Positions 1 to 9,806 of a stretch of 19,590 nt of DNA are shown one piece after another. The DNA lies in contig NW_021824231.1 of NCBI RefSeq assembly GCF_006345805.1, positions 1 to 19,590 on the forward strand. Direction: 5' to 3'. Within the stretch, counting starts at the first letter, position 1. Each line of letters begins with the position of its first letter. This DNA comes from Octopus sinensis (taxonomy: Eukaryota). Made by a program: the position numbers and the translations under genes. The notes under the pieces are model-generated. The model was not told the DNA's origin. It worked only from the letters and a program-made list of their open reading frames with translations, and ran no database searches.

Positions 1-1324
1 ATGGTTATGATGACGATGATGGTAATAAAGATGATGAAAAGGAAATGAGATGTAGTGAGTGAAAGAAGCAAAGAAACAAAATAGATTGTTCAATGCTAGA
101 TAGAGTTCCTCTCTAGCCCTATAATATATATATATATATATATATACGTGTGTGTGTATCTATGTACACACATATATATATACATACCTGTGTGTGTATA
201 CATACATATACATACATATATATGAATACATATATGTATATATGTGAGTGTGTGTGCATGCGCGCGTGTGTGTGTATATATGTGTATACATCTGTGGAAT
301 GTTATTTCTGACACAGAAGCCATAAAATGATGGACGTCTAGAATATCATATGTAACATTAAATTAAAATCGTTCATTCACTACAGATGGCCGTATGTTCC
401 TCTCTGTGAGCTCTTTAAAAGCAAGGAGAGGATTTGGTCTAGTTCGTGGATTTTGAAGTTTGAAACAGGTAACATTTTAAAGAAAATCGGTTATTCTAAA
501 GATAAATACATACGATAAAAAAATCTTTACATTATTTTGAATTAAAAGAGCCTGGGAGAAGCGTATCGAAGGGCGGAGTATGGTGGTAAAAGAGGGAAGA
601 CTATCGAGAGCCCAAATATTAATGGAACTATAAGGAGTTTTTACTGTAGGGTTTAATGCTTGAAACGGAAGTGAATTTCTAAATTTCTGTTCACTTCTAA
701 ATTCCGAGTCCACGCAACTAATTATAGTACACAAGTATTTTAACTCTAGATTGACCCCTCTAGCTATCTTTCTAACTACTATACCCCGTTATTTCACAGT
801 CTTCTTCCCCATTGAACCAAATATCTCATTCATTTGAAAATCTTGTTTAGATCGAAACATATGGCCATATGTAACGAATAATTTTAATTTAATATAATAC
901 ATATTACGCACACATATTTTAGATTAGTATACGTTTGACTAGTGACTTGAACAACATTACATTATAGAATAGTCATTCTAGTATTTTATGAACACACTGC
1001 AATGAAATTATGCCACTGAAAAGGTCGCAGAAGAGCGACGAACATTTTTGCCACGTCATAATAGACCGTACGGTAAATAACTAAACTAAGAGTATATATA
1101 TATGTGGTTCTTCAATGGATGAAATGACTTTTCCATGGTTTAATTGCGTGGTTAGGAGCGTATATATGCATATGTACATATTTATACATACTCACACACA
1201 CACACATGAAAGCAACTGAGTCTAAACTTCGAAGTCACTGCCAATATTTCTTAAAATAAAAAATGTTCCATTGTGCGTTAAATGTTTTGATTGATTGTAT
1301 ATCTAACATTGCACAAAACAAACT

Positions 1325-1410
1325 ATACATACACACACATACACAAGCACACTTCTTTCATATATATATATGTATATATATATATATGTACACACATATA
1401 TACATACACA

Positions 1411-1494
<84 letters not shown>

Positions 1495-1527
1495 CATATT
1501 CATACACACCACACATATATATATATA

Positions 1528-1565
<38 letters not shown>

Positions 1566-1615
1566 TATATACATTTATTTATACATACATACACACGCTT
1601 ACACACATATACATA
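1325..1615. repeat. Compound (CA)n/(TA)n microsatellite
   Basis: Directly visible; similar tracts at about 125-290, 2047-2119, 2781-2861, 2991-3094, 3351-3435, 4783-4916, 5657-5780, 9820-9945, 10812-10900. Confidence 0.95.
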
Positions 1616-2048
1616 CAGGGAAAACAAGGCTGACAGACAGACGCACACAGACGGAGAGAGCTTTCGAGTCTGTCAATGAATTTAATGAAATATGACGTTC
1701 CTATCAGCTACCGTTACATCACAGACTGACCTTAGCGCTGATAACAAGAGTAAATAGTTCTAATAGTGACAACAGTAGAAGGTTGAAGTGTATTGCGGAG
1801 GGTGGGGAGTAAATAGTTGTAATAGCAACAACACAAGAAGGCTGATGTGTAGTGGTGTGTTAGTGGGTGGGTGGGGGGGTGGGGGGGTGATGTGAGGCAA
1901 GGCTAACAGTAGAAGTAAGATCTGCTTTCTCATTTATTATGCGTTTAACTGGTTGTGGCAGGCTGTAGTGTTCCTCTGAAGTCGACTTAACATTTTATAT
2001 GTACAAGCAGACTGGCGTGGGGATATGTGTGTATTCATACGCAACGCA

Positions 2049-2095
<47 letters not shown>

Positions 2096-2782
2096 AGAGA
2101 GAGAGAGAGAGAGAGAGAGTAGTGGTACAACAAGGCACCAATGTTTACTGGAAATAGCAGTCGATAAATTTACGACGCTATAGTAAAGCTTCACGTGTGA
2201 GGGCAGCGAACATAAAAATGTCGTCTTACCTTTAAGTAGAATATTAGAATATTAACAGTGTTATTAAGTAGAATATTAGACAAATGGACAATCCAGAATC
2301 GGATAATCCAGTACCTAGGTTTCGGACTCTTCAAATACGTTCGTTATAGTAAATTTAATTAGTTTACTTCAGCTAGATTTACCTAGACAGTATTTCAAAT
2401 GTTGCTACATCAATGCCAGTATACTCGCCTGAACGACTAGCCATTAACAGGACCGAGAACAGTGAAAAGGTTTTCAATGAAAAATTAAATATTGCAGTAC
2501 AAATGTATTATGTAGTAAAGATGTTTGCCAACCAACATAAAATGGTAGTCCAGGTTTACGATGAATGTGGCTGTAATTTAGCCCCAAGAGACATCGTCTC
2601 CAGCTGGCTATACGACACGATCTGTGTCCTTATATTTTCGAACAAGGGAATCTAGCACCCCACTCCGCTCAAAACAATATCCGTGTATCGCGATTTCCGG
2701 GTTATTTCCCTTCACCAACACGAATAATTGTTCGGCTAGAGGTGGCGCTGCCAAATTCCCGTTCGAAATGTATTAATTTCCA

Positions 2783-2864
<82 letters not shown>

Positions 2865-2987
2865 CTCCTTTTCTTAGAACAACAAATATTCTAAAGTCGA
2901 ACGCTTGACAATTGCGATGTAGCGTATGAAACCAATGGTTGCATCGTAAATCCATAAAAATTATTATACGTATATGTATGAAAATGT

Positions 2988-3028
<41 letters not shown>

Positions 3029-3343
3029 CACACACACATACACATACACACATACACATACACACATACACATACACACATACACATACACACATGTTTT
3101 CTCTGTCTCACTTCCTCCTCACCCTCTTATACTGTCTTATTCCTCCCCACTACTATGAAACTCTATAAAATGTTCAAATTCCCCGCAAAGGAACTGATTT
3201 GATTTGAAAACCCCACTGGATTGGGAGAAAGCGCTAATAATCCGAATGATATGATCTGAATGATATGATAGATATATATGTAAAAAATGTAATATATAAT
3301 TAAATATCTATAAATATGAACCATCCGATCTGATTACCTCATT

Positions 3344-3381
<38 letters not shown>

Positions 3382-3435
3382 TATATATTATATATATATA
3401 TAATATATAATATATATAGTATATATATATATTAT

Positions 3436-3766
3436 ATTTTTATTTATATGTAAAAAAGTTTTTTCACACTTAATAAATTAAATTCTCTGAAGAGGCCGTG
3501 GGACATCCTTGTTAATGTCTCATTTATACCTGCCTTATATGGCTTATAGGTTAAATGAGGCATACTTGTCCCTTACGGCCGAAACAGCTGTCAGATATGA
3601 TATAATTATATATTATATTTTATATTTCTATTCCCTTGTCTAATTATATTTACAATATTTTTGTATAATGCCTTTGCTGTTATGTAATGGTGTAATAAAG
3701 TATGATTGGGTATCATTGATGTTGATGTTTGATTGATTTTTAGTATGTTTCTCCATTTTCTAATTT
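3436..3766 (+). mobile_element. Hammerhead-bearing non-coding retroelement fragment (Penelope-like pseudo-LTR or retrozyme) between (TA)n tracts
   Basis: Contains the 3484-3595 hammerhead, is bounded by (TA)n on both sides and is partly duplicated at 4424-4668. Boundaries are approximate. Confidence 0.5.
3484..3595 (+). ncRNA. Type I hammerhead ribozyme motif with long extended stem II
   Basis: Stem I TCT(3484-86)/AGA(3593-95); core CTGAAGA 3487-93; stem II GGCCGT-GGGACA / TGTCCC-TT-ACGGCC; GAAAC 3581-85; palindromic stem III ACAGCTGT; GTC cleavage triplet 3590-92. Confidence 0.8.
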
Positions 3767-3783
3767 TGTATATATATATATAT

Positions 3784-4000
3784 ATTCTTTTATTCTTTTA
3801 TTCTTTTACTTGTTTCAGTCACTTGACTGTGGACATGCTGGAGCACCGCCTTCAGTCGAGCAAATCGACCCCGGGACTTATTCTTTGTAAGCCCAGTACT
3901 TATTCTATCGGTCTCTTTTGCCGAACTGCTAAGTTACTGGGACGTAAACACACCAGCATTGGTTGTCAAGCGATGTTGGAGGACAAACACAGACACACAA

Positions 4001-4033
<33 letters not shown>

Positions 4034-4206
4034 CATATATATATATACGACGGGCTTCTTTCAGTTTCCGTCTACCAAATCCACTCACTAGGCTTTGGTC
4101 GGGCCGAGGTTATAGTAGAAGACACTTGCCCAAGGTACTACGCAGTGGGACTTGACCCGGAACCATGAGGTTGGTAAGCTACTTACCGCACAGCCACTCT
4201 ACGCCT
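3784..4206 (-). mobile_element. tRNA-derived SINE, family A, full length
   Basis: Head GGCGTAGAGTGGCTGTGCGGTAAG...GGGTCAAGTCCC (pol III A/B-box-like), body CCTTGGGCAAGTGTCTTCTACTAT...GGAAACTGAAAGAAGCCCGTCG, internal (TA)/(TG) microsatellite, tail GACTGAAACAAGTAAAAGAAT repeats. At least 7 other copies in the window. Confidence 0.85.
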
Positions 4207-4310
4207 AAAAAATATGGAACGCTTCACGAATTTGCGTAACATCCTTGCGCAGCGGCCATGCTAGTCTTCTCTGTATCGTCCCAATTTTAGTATATGTATT
4301 GCCGAAGCAC
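4207..4310 (-). pseudogene. U6: U6 spliceosomal snRNA retrocopy, nearly full length
   Basis: Minus strand reads GTGCTTCGGCAATACATATACTAAAATTGGGACGATACAGAGAAGACTAGCATGGCCGCTGCGCAAGGATGTTACGCAAATTCGTGAAGCGTTCCATATTTTTT. It matches metazoan U6, with ACAGAGA box, AGC triad and 3' oligo-U intact but several substitutions. SINE sequence abuts its 5' end, so there is no external PSE/TATA promoter. Confidence 0.92.
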
Positions 4311-4420
4311 AGTCCCACTGCGTGGCATCTTGGGCAAGTGTCTTCTGCTATAGCCCCGGGCCGACCAATGCCTTGTGAGTGGATTTGGTAGACGGAAACT
4401 GAAAGAAGCCTGTCGTATAT
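4310..4420 (+). mobile_element. SINE family A internal fragment
   Basis: CAGTCCCACTGCGTGGCATCTTGGGCAAGTG...GAAAGAAGCCTGTCG matches the family A body; truncated at both ends. Confidence 0.85.
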
Positions 4421-4684
4421 ATGTATATGGCTTATAGGTTAAATGAGGCATACTTGTCCTTACAGCCGAAACAGCTGTCAGATATGATATAATTATATAT
4501 TATATTTTATATTTTATATTTCTATTTCCTTGTCTAATTATATTTACAATATATTTTGTATAATGCCTTTGCTGTTATGTAATGGTGTAATAAAGTATTG
4601 ATTGGGTATCATCTGATGGTTGATGTTTGATTGATTTAAGTATGTTTCTCCATTTTCTAATTTTGTATATTTATATATATATAT

Positions 4685-4773
4685 ATTCTTTTATTCTTTT
4701 ATTCTTTTACTTGTTTCAGTCACTTGACTGTGGACATGCTGGAGCACCGCCTTTAGTCGAGCAAGTCGACCCC
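4685..4773 (-). mobile_element. SINE family A 3' fragment (part of a local duplication)
   Basis: Near-identical to 3784-3872. Confidence 0.8.
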
Positions 4774-4800
4774 AGTAAAGAGTATACATACATACATACA

Positions 4801-4847
<47 letters not shown>

Positions 4848-4868
4848 TTATATAATATATATAATATA

Positions 4869-4908
<40 letters not shown>

Positions 4909-4916
4909 AATATATA

Positions 4917-5501
4917 ATTAAGATTCAGTTGAATTAGGTACTTAAATTGAGGCACCTTGCTAGGTTGGTATTATCCGCACACACAAACAATATTAATTAG
5001 ATATTGAATAGCAAGACTCCTTGCAGGGGTGTTTCTACATGATGTTTCTGCCGTGTGTGCAGACAACGCAACCCAGTTAAGTGAAGATATCCGCTCGTAG
5101 TAATTCAGATATGTAATTTTATTATAAAGGTACTTTGTATAGTATTTCCGAAGTGCAGATTCCTAGTAAGGTGAAGAGAATACAAATGACTATCAAAGAT
5201 ATACAGGTGTCAATTCATTACGACCGTTTCAAGCGGCTCCTTTAATTGGTTAAGGAAAGAATTATATCAATTTGAATGAAACCGTTCTCGTCAGATGACC
5301 GCACAGACTTCAAACATAAGGATATAACCATTTTCAAATATATATTTATATTAATAAGGGAACTAAAAATATTTACATTATTTCTTTCGTCATATCTGTG
5401 GCAGAATGAACCGTTTGGTTCAAATCATTAAATTGGTGTAATGTTTTCATTAATCAATTAAAGGAGCCGCTTGAAACGACAGTAATGAATTGACACCTGT
5501 A
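4917..5501 (-). mobile_element. Hammerhead-bearing element with an inverted partial copy (Penelope-like pLTR arrangement)
   Basis: Starts at the end of a (TA)n tract, carries the hammerhead at 5215-5298 and the inverted repeat 5202-5253/5450-5501. Boundaries are approximate. Confidence 0.45.
5215..5298 (-). ncRNA. Type I hammerhead ribozyme motif
   Basis: Minus strand TCAT-CTGACGA-GAACGGTTTC...GGAGCCGCTT-GAAAC-GGTC-GTA-ATGA: 4-bp stem I, canonical core, about 9/10-bp stem II (including G-U pairs), minimal stem III, GUA triplet. Confidence 0.75.
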
Positions 5502-5713
5502 CACACAGAAATTAGCTTTCGCATTTATAACATAAGATGATACATACGCAAATACACACATATATGCATTCATACATACACACGGATTAACACGAAAGTG
5601 TGCTTAATAAACTTCAGTCATATATGCATAAATAAAAAGCTGTATCTTAAATACACTTATATATATACATATACATATATATATATATATTATATATATA
5701 TGCACACACACAC

Positions 5714-5748
<35 letters not shown>

Positions 5749-5964
5749 TGTATGTATGTATGTATGTATGTATGTGTGTGTATACGCGTTTGTTTGTATG
5801 TATGTATATATATTATAAATGCACATATCCACATATGAACATACACACTTGCATGTGTGTGTGTATACATGCATAAGAGTATGTATTTGGCATGTTCGTG
5901 CGTATGTATGTGTGCACGTGCGTGGTACGATGGTGTGTGTTTATACACAATGGTAAAGTTAATA

Positions 5965-5966
<2 letters not shown>

Positions 5967-6005
<39 letters not shown>

Positions 6006-6040
6006 CACACACACACACACGCACACACACACACACACAC

Positions 6041-6085
<45 letters not shown>

Positions 6086-6096
6086 CACACACACAC

Positions 6097-6137
<41 letters not shown>

Positions 6138-6152
6138 CACACACACACACAC
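5967..6152. repeat. Long (CA)n microsatellite with periodic CG interruptions
   Basis: About 185 bp of CA repeats with recurring cacgcac units. Confidence 0.95.
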
Positions 6153-6775
6153 AAAGCGATAATGGTGGTCTTAAAAACGTAGAAGTTTTAACGGTGTGGT
6201 TTATCTTTCATTTAAGGTTGTCTGAAAACGAAAAATTACATAAAACTACAATGGCGAATTATTAAATAAATAAACATATGTATAGACAGACATAGAAATG
6301 AATAAGCACAGAAAACATTTCCATATGAAAATCGATAAAGACCAAACCATTCAAAAGAAAAAAAAAAGCTCGAAAAAGAGGTGGGGAAAATAGAGTGCAG
6401 GGATTGTAAATGGGATTATATAAACCGGAAGCGTAAAATGCGTGAAATAAAGCTACCATATGTAAATAAAATCATAGTATTGTTGTTAAGTGCTGGAGTA
6501 AACCGCGTGCCTTCACTTCCTGTTGACGCCGCAGCGCCTGTCAATAAATGGGCGATAGGTGCCGCTCTGGTTTATGTTTTCAAATCAAATAAGCCCAGCC
6601 AGACGACTGCGTTCGATTCACTGGTCACTCGTTGACTTGGTTGTAGTTGGAACTAACTGGAGGTGAGGTTGTTTTGTAAGCAACTCTAGTCGTAGTAGTA
6701 GTAGTAGTAGCTGTTGTCTAAACATGATTGAAAGGTGTTCGGTTAAGGAGCGGCAAACCCTCTTCAATAATAATA

Positions 6776-6854
<79 letters not shown>

Positions 6855-7098
6855 TGATGATGATGATCGATCGACAGGACAATGATGCTACTGTTGGTTA
6901 TTGTTTGTGATAAAGTAATATTTATCCAAGTCTCAATTACCAATTAACATAACAAAAGGGGGGAAAAAACAAAAAAAAAACAAAAAAAAATAAAGCAAAA
7001 CAGAAGCAGAAACAGCAGAAGGCGGCCCAGCCAAGCCACAACTTCCAATACAACACCAGTTACTAAAACACTGCTCTGCCAGAGTAGTAGTAATATTG

Positions 7099-7132
<34 letters not shown>

Positions 7133-7169
7133 AAGTAGTATTAGTAGTAGTAGTAGTAGTAGTAGTAGT

Positions 7170-7347
7170 TTCTAAATTTTGGTACAAGGCTAGCAATTGT
7201 GGAGGGGGATGGTTAAGTCTTTTACATCGACTACTTTATTGAAAGGCAAGATCGGCCTTGACACAATTTGAACTTTGCACGTAAAGAGTCGGAAGAAAGG
7301 CGCTAAGCACTTTTGTCTAACGCGCTAACCATTCTGCCAGCTCACCA

Positions 7348-7350
<3 letters not shown>
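7170..7350 (-). mobile_element. tRNA-derived SINE, family B
   Basis: Minus-strand head GGTGGTGAGCTGGCAGAATGGTTAGCGCG...GTTCAAAT; related to 8875-9088; embedded between (AGT)n and (AAT)n. Confidence 0.7.
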
Positions 7351-7401
<51 letters not shown>

Positions 7402-7414
7402 TGATGATAATAAT

Positions 7415-7763
7415 AGCTCTCAGAGAGCGTAAACCTCCGCCAAGGTAGCTGGAGATGATTTTTAAAATGAGAATATCTGAAATAAACTCGACTGCTCTCA
7501 CAAACGAGAATACTAAAAATGAACCCGACCGCTCTCAAAACTTAAGTAAAAAAAACAAAAAACAACAAAAAAAACAGGAAAAACAGTCCAGAATCCTTGT
7601 CCGGTACAGGATCGATCCCAAAAATCTAATCAATTCGTGCCAGTCATAAGGCCAAAGATCCCTGAAAGTTTCACCAGAATCCATCCAGCGGTTCTTGAGA
7701 TATCTTGTCCACGGACAAACACGATTGAAAACAATACCTCCACCTTCGCTAAGGCGAAGGTAA
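7415..7763 (+). mobile_element. Non-autonomous Helentron / DINE-1-like element (HINE)
   Basis: Subterminal inverted repeat ACCTCCGCC (7433-41) / GGCGAAGGT (7753-61); 3' hairpin ACCTTCGC-TAAG-GCGAAGGT preceded by GAAAACAATACCTCC; 5' CTCAGAGAGCGTAAACCTCCGCCAAGG. Confidence 0.6.
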
Positions 7764-7837
7764 TAACAACAACAACAACAACAATAATAATAATAATAAT
7801 AATAATATAATATAATAATAATAATAATAATAATAAT

Positions 7838-7987
7838 GGAGGCACAAGGCCTCAGATTTGTGGAGAGGGGGTCAGTCGATTACATTGACCCCAGTCCTCA
7901 ACTGATACTTAATTTATCGACGTCCAAAAGGATGAAAGGTAAAGTCGACCCTGGCGGAATTTGAACACAGAAGGTAGAAGCAGACGA

Positions 7988-7988
<1 letters not shown>
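7838..7988 (-). mobile_element. SINE family B, 5'-truncated
   Basis: Contains AAAGGATGAAAGGTAAAGTCGACC...GGAATTTGAAC (minus strand ...CCTTTCATCCTTT..., resembling the Meta-domain SINE core). Confidence 0.7.
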
Positions 7989-8071
<83 letters not shown>

Positions 8072-8073
<2 letters not shown>

Positions 8074-8385
8074 GAACTGAGAATTATTTACGAATCATCT
8101 CTGGTTTACCATCCATGCAGGAAGTGCAAAAGATTGTCGTAACTAGTATGTCACACGTACTGAGAAGAGCAATGTCGCAGTGAATTTTCTTTCCTTTTTT
8201 CCCCTTTATTTTCTTTGTTTACTTTTTCATTTTTCTGTCTTTCTCCCTTTTTTTTTTCTATCACATCACTTTCTAAATGAACAATCTGGTGTGTTTATCT
8301 TAAATGCCTACCAAAATATACAGTCTGTTTCTCTGCACTACGTGTCAGGAAGACACTCGGCAAGAAATGGAAACGGAATTGAAAG
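8072..8385 (+). mobile_element. 5'-truncated R4/Dong-like (restriction-like endonuclease) non-LTR retrotransposon 3' end
   Basis: 8076-8183 encodes TENYLRIISGLPSMQEVQKIVVTSMSHVLRRAMSQ*, resembling the C-terminal 'IQKxxLLGTAHILRK' motif of R4/Dong ORFs. It directly follows (TAA)n, the known Dong target. The 3' boundary is approximate. Confidence 0.65.
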
Positions 8386-8504
8386 AAGAAGAAGAAGAAG
8401 AAGAAGAAGAAGAAGAAAGAAGAAGAGAAGAAGAAGAAGAAGAAGAAGAAGAAGAAGATGATGATGACGATGATGATGATGATGATGATGATGATGATAA
8501 TAAT

Positions 8505-8822
8505 AGCCATGTATTGAGAGCGATTCTTTGGGGTTTGAATAATTCACTTCTGGAAACATGGGTGTTTCGTTCAACATCCTTAACCAACCCTTATTCAGGG
8601 ACATTTTGAGCGGGATGGTTTACTCGTCAAGAAGAAAATTCTAACTGAGACCCACCTGAAAGCTCATACGCTGTTTATCTTGATATGAGATCACCATGTC
8701 GCGTACATATGGTTGTGATGCATGTGCCTGGTGTACTCTTATCAGACAGGTAGTCATGATGGGTATACTGGGCTTCGTATATTTTACCCCAGTGTCACTT
8801 TGATGGCATGCACTGCTCTCGC
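8505..8822. mobile_element. Complex-sequence insertion within (TAA)n/(GAT)n, probable interspersed repeat fragment
   Basis: Higher-complexity block sharply bounded by trinucleotide repeats on both sides; family not determinable from this window. Confidence 0.4.
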
Positions 8823-8874
<52 letters not shown>

Positions 8875-8875
<1 letters not shown>

Positions 8876-9088
8876 CCTTTCTACTATAGGCACAAAGCCT
8901 GAAGTTTGTGGGAGGGGATGAGTCGAATATATCGACCCCAGTACTCAAGTGGTACTTATTTTATCGACCCAGAAAGGAGAAAAGGCAAAGTCGACATCGG
9001 TGTAGTTAGAACTCAGAACGTAAAAACGAACTAAACGTTGCTAAGCATTTTGTCCGTCGTGTTAACGGTTCTGCCATCTCACTGCCTT
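8875..9088 (-). mobile_element. SINE family B, full length, inserted in (TAA)n
   Basis: Minus strand GGCAGTGAGATGGCAGAACCGTTAACACG...GTCGACTTTGCCTTTTCTCCTTTCTGGGTCGATAAAATAAGTACC. Confidence 0.8.
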
Positions 9089-9110
9089 GATGATAATAAT
9101 AATAATAATA

Positions 9111-9146
<36 letters not shown>

Positions 9147-9204
9147 TAACAATAATAATAATAACAATAACAATAATAATAATAACAATAACAATAACAA
9201 TAAC

Positions 9205-9245
<41 letters not shown>

Positions 9246-9761
9246 TACTTGAATATTCATATTTTTTTATGATGATAATCAGAGAGCGCCCCACCGGAAG
9301 TGAAGTGGGAAGCAGGCAGTCAAGTGCTGCTACAACGACTGTTCACACCTATTGAGCGTTGAATATGGAGTGGAGCGTGTGTCTTGATTATTAGCAACAA
9401 CAACAACAATATCACCAACAATAATAAAAACAAAAAACAATGGTATTTTCATTGAGTGAGAAATGTCAATAATTGTTAGTACATAGGTTAGCTTACAACA
9501 ATAGATCCGCCTCACCTCCGTTGTGAAAATCTTGGTTCTTTCAATTAGCGAATGAATGGGATAAAGTTTGAAGGATTTAACGAGGAAGTGGTGCTTAGAA
9601 GAGTTATATTAATTAGTCGATATGCCACTCGTTGTTTAATTACTGGATGTGTTTTATGTATTTAATGGTAAGTGTGGGTTGCTTATTGAGGCTTGGTTGA
9701 TACTTCGTCAGTGACAAAGAAACGAACGAGTTACTTCATAATCCAGACTCAGAAACAACGC

Positions 9762-9806
<45 letters not shown>

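Larger units (their letters stand above)
3536..4773 (+). repeat. Direct duplication of about 340 bp (3536-3872 and 4424-4773)
   Basis: TATATGGCTTATAGGTTAAATGAGGC...TCGACCCC occurs twice with scattered substitutions and small indels. Confidence 0.9.
6766..9247. repeat. Cluster of trinucleotide microsatellites ((AAT)n, (AGT)n, (GAA)n, (GAT)n, (AAC)n) interleaved with mobile elements
   Basis: Tracts at about 6766-6867, 7083-7168, 7352-7414, 7762-7837, 7988-8070, 8382-8503, 8823-8874, 9089-9247. Confidence 0.9.

Noticed and set aside
646-675. CTGTAGG...GAAACGGAAGTG hammerhead-like spacing
   Set aside because: The core is mismatched and the GUG triplet violates the NUH rule.
2913-2948. Hairpin TGCGATGTAGC/GTTGCATCGTA containing GAAAC
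   Set aside because: No CUGANGA and no stem II; an isolated hairpin with no supportable identity.
4207-4310. Functional U6 gene
   Set aside because: No upstream promoter because a SINE abuts it, the 5' stem is truncated, and there are substitutions in the internal stem-loop region.
96-6182. Many ORFs rich in YI/HT/CV dipeptides (also 14534-14986, 16524-16826, 18388-18981)
   Set aside because: Translations of (TA)n/(CA)n microsatellites; no domain content.
8505-8822. HDV-like ribozyme, as expected at R2/R4 5' ends
   Set aside because: I could not assemble the nested P1/P1.1/P2/P3 double pseudoknot by eye; an RNArobo or Infernal search would be decisive.
6728-9355. Poly-I, poly-T, poly-E/D, poly-S and poly-L ORFs, including the acidic ORF 8304-8609
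   Set aside because: Trinucleotide repeat artefacts. The acidic ORF is on the opposite strand to Irx and is not its acidic domain.
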